DNA of 64,000 nucleotides from Planctomycetota bacterium (GTDB lineage Bacteria; Planctomycetota; UBA1135; GCA-002686595), in the NCBI GenBank assembly GCA_036376275.1, contig DASVAP010000014.1, positions 23,839 through 87,838 of the forward strand, written 5' to 3'. Below, piece by piece: positions 45,596-52,310 of this stretch. The first letter of the stretch is position 1; every line of letters starts with the position of its first letter. Below the pieces are notes generated by a model. That model was not told the origin of the DNA. It ran no database searches and saw nothing but the letters and a program-made list of their open reading frames with translations. A program made the translations under genes and the position numbers.

Positions 45596-46891
45596 GTGCG
45601 CCCCGCGACCCACGCCGCCGTGCTCGTGCTGCTCGCCCTGGTGGGCGGCTGCCGCGCCACGGACGGCGCCGCGGCGGCGCGGCGCGAGGCCCTCGCGCCG
45701 CTCGCGCCGGGCGAGGCGGGGCTGGCGCTCGTGGTGGGCAAGCTCCTGACGCTCGACGCCGAGGAGCGCGTCTTCGACCCGGGTCTGGTGCTCGTGCGCG
45801 GCGAGAAGCTGGCCTACGCCGGCGCGCTGGTCGAGATCCCGGCCGGCTACGAGCGCCTCGATGCGCCGGACCTGTGGGCCTTCCCCGGCTTCGTCGACCT
45901 GCACACGCACATCCACGGCGCCGGCTGGTCCGACCTGAACGACATGGTGCGCCCGCTCAACCCCGAGCTGCGCGCGCGCCCCGCGATCGATCCGTGGGAG
46001 GAGCGCCTGGCGTACGCGCGCGCCGCCGGCGTGACGACGCTCTTCGGGATCCCCGGCAGCGGCACGAGCCTCTCGGGCTTCGGCACGCTGTACAAGCCCG
46101 AGCGCGACGCCGGCTACGAGGCGATGGTCCTGCGCGACCCGGGCGGCATGAAGATCGCCCAGAACTTCAACCCACAGCGCGGCGCCGGCGACCTGGGCGC
46201 CTCCTGGAGCGGCCTGGGCTGGAACCTCGAGTACCTGAACGATCGCGTGCACGCGGCCGCCACGCGGCAGGCTGAATCGGGCCAGGCCGCGGCGGGCCAG
46301 GCCACCCTTCCGGACTGGGAGCTCGAGAACCTGGAGCGCGCCCACCGCGGCGAGCTGCCGGTCCTGATCCACGCCGCCAGCGCCGAGGGCATCGCCAACG
46401 CGATCCGCATGTGGAAGCTGCGCTACGGCATGCATGCGGTGGTCTCGCACGGCTGCTGGGACGCCTGGCGCGCGGCGCGCTTCGCGGCCGAGACCGGGAC
46501 GCCCGTCAACGTCGGCCCGCGCACCGAGAACCTGCTGGCCATGCGGCGCGAGGACCGCTTCGTCGGCATCGCCGCCGAGTACGTGAAGGCCGGCGTGCCG
46601 CACGTCTCGCTCAACACCGACTCGCCCGTCGTGCCGCAGGAGGAGCTCTTCCTGCAGGGCACGATGTCGGCGCGGCGCGGCGCCGACCCCTACCAGATGC
46701 TGCGCGCGCTGACGGCCAACCCGGCGCTCGCCTTCCAGATCGGGGAGCGCGTGGGCAGCCTCGAGCCCGGCAAGGATGCCGACCTCGTGCTGGCCAGCGG
46801 CGACCCGCTCGACCCGCGCACCCACATCGAGCTCGTCCTGATCGACGGGCGCGTCCAGTACTCCCGCCGTGACGACGGGCCCATGCTCTAG
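45596..46891 (+). CDS. amidohydrolase 7 of array, catalytic residues intact, lipoprotein
   Basis: 431 aa from GTG 45596. Lipobox LALVGGC. Motifs: PGFVDLHTHIHG (HxH), VLIHAAS, VVSHGCW, VSLNTDSPVVP. C-terminal VGSLEPGKDADLVLASGDPL. Confidence 0.85.
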   Translation: MRPATHAAVLVLLALVGGCRATDGAAAARREALAPLAPGEAGLALVVGKLLTLDAEERVFDPGLVLVRGEKLAYAGALVEIPAGYERLDAPDLWAFPGFVDLHTHIHGAGWSDLNDMVRPLNPELRARPAIDPWEERLAYARAAGVTTLFGIPGSGTSLSGFGTLYKPERDAGYEAMVLRDPGGMKIAQNFNPQRGAGDLGASWSGLGWNLEYLNDRVHAAATRQAESGQAAAGQATLPDWELENLERAHRGELPVLIHAASAEGIANAIRMWKLRYGMHAVVSHGCWDAWRAARFAAETGTPVNVGPRTENLLAMRREDRFVGIAAEYVKAGVPHVSLNTDSPVVPQEELFLQGTMSARRGADPYQMLRALTANPALAFQIGERVGSLEPGKDADLVLASGDPLDPRTHIELVLIDGRVQYSRRDDGPML

Positions 46892-47053
46892 TGTCCTGAC
46901 CCAGAAGTTCGCATGCACCTTCCGCCGTCCTCCACCGCCTGGCGTCGTTGCTCCTCCTCGGCGTATCACCCTGGATACGCGGTCGTCGTCGCGCCTAGCC
47001 AGCCGGCGGATGCCGGCGGAAGCTGCATGCGAACCTCTGGGTCAGGACACTAG
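46888..47053. repeat. 166-bp element with 40-nt imperfect inverted arms (38/40 complementary) flanking an 86-nt spacer
   Basis: Arm 1 is 46888-46927: ctagtgtcctgacccagaagttcgcatgcaccttccgccg. Arm 2 is 47014-47053: cggcggaagctgcatgcgaacctctgggtcaggacactag. Mismatches occur only at 46906/47035 and 46918/47023. The spacer has its own 6-bp hairpin, cgtatc-accctg-gatacg. Arm 1 covers the stop of gene 7, and arm 2 abuts the AGGAG of gene 8. Confidence 0.9.
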
Positions 47054-47062
47054 GAGCCAGCG

Positions 47063-48391
47063 ATGCTCTCCCTCTTCCTCTCCAGCCTCCTGCTCGCGCC
47101 GCCGCCCGGCGGCGGCGACCTGGTGGCGATCCGCGTCAAGCGCGCCGAGACGATCGCCAGCGGTCCGCTCGAGCACGCCCTGATCCTCGTCGAGGACGGC
47201 AAGATCGTCGCGCTGGGCGAGGATCTGCCGGTCGAGCGCGGCATCCCGGTGCTCGACCGCCCCGACTGGGTCGTGACCCCGGGCCTGGTCAACGCCCACA
47301 CGCGCGTGGCCGGCGAGCGCTCGCCCGCGCGCCTGTTCGAGCCGCAGTCGCGCCCCACCTTCGACGTCGACCCGCGCCACGAGGCCTGGGAGGAGCTGCT
47401 CGAGCTCGGGATCACGACCGTGGGCTTCTACCCCGACGGCTCCGGCATCCCCGGCCAGGCGCTCGTGCTGCGCCCGCACGGCGAGACGCTGGCCGAGATG
47501 CTCGTGTCCGACTCCGCGTACCTGAAGATCCAGCTCCAGGCCAGCGCTTCCTCGAAGAAGGCCGTGCGCGAGGCCTTCGCCAAGGTCGACGAGTACCTCG
47601 AGAAGGTCGCCAAGGAGCGCGAGAAGTGGGAGAAGGACCAGGAGAAGAAGAAGAAGTCCTCCTCCAAGACGAGCTCCAAGAAGGAGGAGGAGAAGAAGGA
47701 CGATCCGAAGGCCGAGGAGAAGAAGGAAGGCGCCCTGACCCCTGAGGACGAGAAGGAGGAGGAGAAGCAGGACGACAAGAAGTCGACCGACGACAAGAAG
47801 GGCGACGTCTTCGTCCCGCCCGCGCCCGACGAGAAGGTCAAGCCCTTCCTCGACCTGCGCGAGAAGTCCCTGACGGCGATGATGTCGATTCGCAAGGCGG
47901 CCGACTACCTGCACCTCCTGGACGTGCTGAAGAAGGAGAAGGACGTGCAGTTCTTCCTGCAGTTCCCGCTGTCGGACGACGGCGACCTGTACGAGGTCGC
48001 CACGAAGATCGGCGAGAAGGGCCTGACCGTCGTGACGGTGCCCGAGGTGACGCTGCAGGTGAACAGCCTGCGCGAGCGCAACATCCCGGCCGAGCTCGTG
48101 CGCGCTGGCGCCAAGCTCGTGCTGACGCCGCGCTTCGACACCGTGCGCGGCCACGAGGACTGGCGCGCCGACGTCGGCCGCCTGGTGGGCCAGGGGCTCG
48201 CGCGCGAGGCGGCCCTGGCGGCGATCACGCTCGAGGCCGCGCGCGCCCTCGGTCAGGCGGAGGAGATCGGCAGCCTGGAGGTCGGCAAGCGCGCCGACCT
48301 CGTGTTCTGGAGCGGCGACCCGCTGGAACCGTCCTCGAAGGTCGAGGCCGTCATGCTGGGCGGCGAGTTCGTGGTGGGAGACGTGCCGTGA
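47063..48391 (+). CDS. amidohydrolase-fold protein 8 of array (HxH lost; Lys/Glu-rich insertion)
   Basis: 442 aa. The HxH position reads PGLVNAHTRVAG. Insertion: VDEYLEKVAKEREKWEKDQEKKKKSSSKTSSKKEEEKKDDPKAEEKKEGALTPEDEKEEEKQDDKKSTDDKKGD. C-terminal IGSLEVGKRADLVFWSGDPL. Confidence 0.8.
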   Translation: MLSLFLSSLLLAPPPGGGDLVAIRVKRAETIASGPLEHALILVEDGKIVALGEDLPVERGIPVLDRPDWVVTPGLVNAHTRVAGERSPARLFEPQSRPTFDVDPRHEAWEELLELGITTVGFYPDGSGIPGQALVLRPHGETLAEMLVSDSAYLKIQLQASASSKKAVREAFAKVDEYLEKVAKEREKWEKDQEKKKKSSSKTSSKKEEEKKDDPKAEEKKEGALTPEDEKEEEKQDDKKSTDDKKGDVFVPPAPDEKVKPFLDLREKSLTAMMSIRKAADYLHLLDVLKKEKDVQFFLQFPLSDDGDLYEVATKIGEKGLTVVTVPEVTLQVNSLRERNIPAELVRAGAKLVLTPRFDTVRGHEDWRADVGRLVGQGLAREAALAAITLEAARALGQAEEIGSLEVGKRADLVFWSGDPLEPSSKVEAVMLGGEFVVGDVP

Positions 48392-50010
48392 GCGATCGCA
48401 TCCGACGAAGCGTGATCTACCCCCTCTCCGCGCTGCTGCTGGCACTCGCCCCGGTGCTGGCGCCGATCTCCGCCCAGGAGGGCGAGGGCGGCGGCCCGCC
48501 GCCCGAGGAGGGCGGCGAGGAGGCCAAGACCGACGACGAGAAGGGCGCCAAGTACTTCGCGATCGTCGGCGGCGACGTGCACACCGGCACCGGTGCCGTG
48601 CTGCGCGGCGCGACGGTGCTGGCGCGCAACGGCAAGATCAAGGAGATCGGCTACGACGTCTTCGTGCCGCCGGAGGCCGAGAAGGTCGACGCCACGGGCC
48701 TGCGCGTCTACCCGGGCCTGGTCGCGCTCGGCGCGACCACGCGCCTCTCGCAGGGTCTGGGCGCGGCCGAGGGGCCGGAGCTGGGCGAGGACGAGTTCGA
48801 GCACCCGCACGACAAGCCGCGCGAGATCCAGTGGGACGGGCTCCTGCCCGTGGCGCTCGCGCCGGAGTCGCACGTCGGCGGCGACGACGAGCACCCCGAG
48901 CTGCAGGCCGAGGAGGAGGGTGCCGAGGAGGAGAAGAGCGAGATCGAGGACACCTTCGATCCCTTCAACTCGTTCCTCGTGCTGGCCCTGGCGACCGGGA
49001 TCACGACCGCCCAGCAGTCGACCGCGGCGGTCAAGCTCAAGCGCTACGAGATCGACGGCGTGCTGCTCTCCGACCGCAACCTGGCCAGCGTCACCTGGGG
49101 CCTCGCCAACCCGATCGGGATCCAGTCGACGCGCAAGAAGTTCGCCAAGGCCGCCGAGTACCTGCGCGAGCTGCGCGCCTGGCGCGCGCGCAACGACAAG
49201 AACGAGAAGGAGCCCAGCCGGCGCGGCGTCGACACGACGGCCCTCAAGGTGCTCTCAGGCGAGGCCCAGGCGCTGTTCCGTGCCAGCGCGCGCGAGGAGC
49301 TGCTCGGCATCGCGCGCTTCGCCCAGGAGCACGGCTTCCGCCCGGTCATCGAGGGCTGCGACGAGGGCTGGACCGTGGCCGACGAGCTGGGCCGCGCGGG
49401 CGCCACCGTCATCCTGACGCCGCGCGGGCGCAGCCCGAAGGACGAGCGCTTCGTGCGCCCGGGCGGGGCCTCGATCGAGAACGCCGCCCGGCTCCACGCC
49501 GCCGGCGTGCAGATCGCCGTGCGCCCCGAGAGCACCTCGATCGACTTCGTCGGCACGGCCGGGCGCGACCTGATCGCGCTGCCGGTCGAGGCCGGCTTCG
49601 CCGTGCGCGGCGGGCTCTCCGAGCAGGCCGCGCTGGAGGCGATCACGATCGTCCCCGCGCGCGTGCTCGGCATCGCCCACCGGGTGGGCACGCTCGAGCC
49701 CGGCAAGGACTGCGACGCGATCGTCACCGACGGCGACCTGCTGCACTACCAGACCTTCGTCCAGTACACGGTCGTCGACGGCAAGCTCGTCTACGACAAG
49801 GAGCAGGAGATCTACTTCGCCCACATCCGCCCGCGCCCGAAGAAGCCGGAGCCGGCGAAGGAGGAGGCCGAGGCGGCGGGCGCGGAGAAGGCCGAGACGC
49901 CCGCCGAGGAAGGCGCCGAGGAGCCCGAGAAGGGCGCCGAGGCCGAGGACGAGGACGAAGCCGAGGAAGAGGCCAAGGACGAGAAGAAGGACGACTCGAA
50001 GGACGAGTAG
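48388..50010 (+). CDS. amidohydrolase-fold protein 9 of array (HxH lost; acidic insertions and tail)
   Basis: 540 aa from GTG (GTGA overlap). Signal peptide RRSVIYPLSALLLALAPVLAPISAQ. The HxH position reads PGLVALGATTRLS and is followed by an acidic insertion. C-terminal VGTLEPGKDCDAIVTDGDLL. The tail is KKPEPAKEEAEAAGAEKAETPAEEGAEEPEKGAEAEDEDEAEEEAKDEKKDDSKDE. Confidence 0.8.
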   Translation: MSDRIRRSVIYPLSALLLALAPVLAPISAQEGEGGGPPPEEGGEEAKTDDEKGAKYFAIVGGDVHTGTGAVLRGATVLARNGKIKEIGYDVFVPPEAEKVDATGLRVYPGLVALGATTRLSQGLGAAEGPELGEDEFEHPHDKPREIQWDGLLPVALAPESHVGGDDEHPELQAEEEGAEEEKSEIEDTFDPFNSFLVLALATGITTAQQSTAAVKLKRYEIDGVLLSDRNLASVTWGLANPIGIQSTRKKFAKAAEYLRELRAWRARNDKNEKEPSRRGVDTTALKVLSGEAQALFRASAREELLGIARFAQEHGFRPVIEGCDEGWTVADELGRAGATVILTPRGRSPKDERFVRPGGASIENAARLHAAGVQIAVRPESTSIDFVGTAGRDLIALPVEAGFAVRGGLSEQAALEAITIVPARVLGIAHRVGTLEPGKDCDAIVTDGDLLHYQTFVQYTVVDGKLVYDKEQEIYFAHIRPRPKKPEPAKEEAEAAGAEKAETPAEEGAEEPEKGAEAEDEDEAEEEAKDEKKDDSKDE

Positions 50011-50018
50011 TCGTTCCC

Positions 50019-50267
50019 ATGCCCCCGCGAGCGACCCCTCTTCGCGCACGCGCGCTCCTGGCCGCGACCCTGGCCCTGCTGGCCTCGGCCTGCGTGAGCA
50101 ATCCCGACGGCGGCTGCCCGCGCGCCGGCGTCGAGACGGCCCGCCGCTGCAGGCGCCTGTGCGTGCTCGACCCGGGCCGCGCGACGATGCCGGTCTCCTG
50201 CACCTGCATGGCCGAGTGCATGTGCTGGCAGATGGCGGGGCACTCCCGCCGGCTCCCGACCCAGTGA
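50019..50267 (+). CDS. small Cys/Met-rich putative lipoprotein (82 aa)
   Basis: ATG 50019 lies 8 nt after the gene-9 stop. The translation is MPPRATPLRARALLAATLALLASAC (signal plus lipobox) followed by VSNPDGGCPRAGVETARRCRRLCVLDPGRATMPVSCTCMAECMCWQMAGHSRRLPTQ. Third codon positions are mostly G/C, as in neighbouring genes. It is part of a longer out-of-frame track ORF. Confidence 0.5.
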   Translation: MPPRATPLRARALLAATLALLASACVSNPDGGCPRAGVETARRCRRLCVLDPGRATMPVSCTCMAECMCWQMAGHSRRLPTQ

Positions 50268-50285
50268 CGGCGTCCCGGGTGCGGC

Positions 50286-52310
50286 TCAGAACGGGAACCC
50301 GACCGAGACGTGCAGGACGAGCTCGTCCTCGTCGTCACGCGGGTTCGGGTTGATGCCGAGGTCGACGCGCAGCGGGCCGATCGGCAAGAGGTAGCGCAGG
50401 CCCAGGCCGTAGCCGCTGCGGAAGCCGTCGAAGTCGAGGTAGTCCTCGACCTCCTCGGTGACGTTGCCGGCGTCGAAGAAGAGCGCAGCGGCCAGGTTGC
50501 CCGTCAGGAGGCGGCGGTACTCGAGGTTGAGGGTCGTGGCGGCCTCGCCGCCCAGGGGCTCGCCGCTGCGGCCCTCGGGCAGGAGCTCGTCCTCCTGGAA
50601 CGAGCGCACGCTGTTCTCGCCGCCGTTGAAGAAGCGCTCCGGCAGCGGGATCTCGTCGGTCGCGCCGAAGGGCGTGATCCAGCCGGTGCGCGCGGCGCTG
50701 GCCAGGATGGAGCGCTCCGAGAGCGTCCACAGGTGCACGATCTCGAGCTGCGTGCGGATGAACTCGGTGTCCGAGCCCAGGCCGTCGTCGGCCCACTCGA
50801 CCTTGGCGCGCACCAGGCGCCCGCGGCTCGGGAGCAGCGGGCTGTCGCGGTCGTTGAAGGTCAAGGAGGCCGAGAGCGCGGCCACGTCGATGTCGGACTC
50901 GAGGTCGGGCGTCAGCGGCGGCACGTCGTCCTCGGTCACGTCGGTCGGGCGGAACTCGTAGCCGGTCGAGGAGCTCCACTCGTCGGTCCACTCGCGGCGC
51001 AGGAAGAAGCCCACGCCGCGGCGCACGAACGCGTAGGAGGGCTCCTCGCGCTGCTCGACGAAGGCGCTCGTCTCGGAGGTGAACTCCGTGTCCAGGAAGT
51101 CGCGGTCGATCCAGGCGAGTCGCAGGGCCTGGGCCTTGAGGCTGGCGCTGCCCTCGAGCTGCACGATCTGGCCCAGGCCGGCGAAGTTCTTCTCCTGGAT
51201 GGCGACCAGGACGCGCGGGCCCTCGTAGGAGCCGTAGCCCGGCTCGAGGCGGATCTCGACCGTGCGCGCCTCGACCACCTCGACCGCCAGGGTGCGCTCC
51301 TCGCCCTCGCCCTCGAGCGAGATCTCGACCGACTCGAACAGACCCGTGCGGTAGAGCTCGCGGAAGGCCGCGCGCACGCGCTCGGAGTCGTAGAGCTCGC
51401 CGCGCTCGATGTCGAGGAACTGCAGGATGGCCGCGTCGCGCGTGCGCACGTTGCCGGCGATGCGGAAGTGCGCGATGCGCGCGCGCACGCCGGTCTCGAT
51501 CGCGACGCGCAGGCGCGTGTCCCCGCTGACCTCGTCCGGCTCCGCGCGGGCCTCCACGCGCACGTCGGGATGGCCGGCGCGCCGGTAGGCCTCGATCAGG
51601 GTGTGCTCGACCTCGGGCGCGACGCGCGGGAGCGCGGGCTTGCCCACGTGGCGCGCGACGAGCTGACGCTCGAGCCTGGCCAGGGCCGGGGTGCCCCCCG
51701 AGAAATCGAGCGCGACGACGCGGAAGACCGGCCCTTCCACGAACTCGACGCGCACCTCGACCGCGCTGCGGTCCTCGTCGAAAGTGACCTCCGGAGCGCG
51801 GTAGGCGAAGCGCAGCAAGCCCCGCTCGCGGGAATCGGCGCGCAGGCGCGCCAGGGCCGCCGCCAGGCGGCGCTCGTCGTAGGGCCCGCCACTCGCCATC
51901 GGCTCGAGCCGGGCGCGCACGTCCTCGCTCGGGATCGCCGACAGCCCCTCGAGGTGCAGCGCGCGCACGCGCACGAGCGGTCCCTCCTCGATGCGGAAGC
52001 GCGCCAGCGGCGTTCCGTCGCGCGGCTCGAACTCGTAGTCGACCAGGGCGTCGTGGTGACCGCGCGCGCGGTAGGCGAGCTCCAGCGCGAAGGCGGCGTC
52101 GTCGACGGCCGCCTTGTCGAGCTCGGTCACCTCCAGGCGCGCCAGCTCGCGCAGCACGGCCTCGCGCAGGTCCTCCTCCGGGATGGCCTGCTCGCCCTCG
52201 AAGGCGAGCTCGAGCGGGAAGGGCACCTCGGCCTCGCCGTGCTGGCCCGCGCGGCAGGCGCCGAGGGCCAGCAGCAGCCCCGCGCAGAGCCCCGGTCGCC
52301 AGGCGCTCAT
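50286..52310 (-). CDS. Omp85-family outer-membrane protein (BamA/TamA-like) with POTRA repeats
   Basis: 674 aa from the ATG at rc 52308-52310. Signal LCAGLLLALGAC. POTRA-like repeats (VRALHLEG, VVALDFSG, IAHFRIAGN). The C-terminal barrel has FFNGGENSVRSF, GYGLGLRYLLPIGPLRVDLGINP and the terminal HVSVGFPF. Confidence 0.85.
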   Translation of the reverse strand: MSAWRPGLCAGLLLALGACRAGQHGEAEVPFPLELAFEGEQAIPEEDLREAVLRELARLEVTELDKAAVDDAAFALELAYRARGHHDALVDYEFEPRDGTPLARFRIEEGPLVRVRALHLEGLSAIPSEDVRARLEPMASGGPYDERRLAAALARLRADSRERGLLRFAYRAPEVTFDEDRSAVEVRVEFVEGPVFRVVALDFSGGTPALARLERQLVARHVGKPALPRVAPEVEHTLIEAYRRAGHPDVRVEARAEPDEVSGDTRLRVAIETGVRARIAHFRIAGNVRTRDAAILQFLDIERGELYDSERVRAAFRELYRTGLFESVEISLEGEGEERTLAVEVVEARTVEIRLEPGYGSYEGPRVLVAIQEKNFAGLGQIVQLEGSASLKAQALRLAWIDRDFLDTEFTSETSAFVEQREEPSYAFVRRGVGFFLRREWTDEWSSSTGYEFRPTDVTEDDVPPLTPDLESDIDVAALSASLTFNDRDSPLLPSRGRLVRAKVEWADDGLGSDTEFIRTQLEIVHLWTLSERSILASAARTGWITPFGATDEIPLPERFFNGGENSVRSFQEDELLPEGRSGEPLGGEAATTLNLEYRRLLTGNLAAALFFDAGNVTEEVEDYLDFDGFRSGYGLGLRYLLPIGPLRVDLGINPNPRDDEDELVLHVSVGFPF

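Noticed and set aside
46869-47183. 104-aa + strand ORF running through the inverted-repeat element
   Set aside because: It starts inside gene 7 and continues out of frame into gene 8. The region is better explained by the 40-nt inverted arms. It has no motif or signal.
47585-47845. Purine-rich AAG/GAG repeats considered as a tandem-repeat or CRISPR-like array (also 36669-36900 and 43117-43360)
   Set aside because: There is no regular repeat-spacer periodicity. The runs are in frame within long ORFs and translate to Lys/Glu/Asp low-complexity protein segments.
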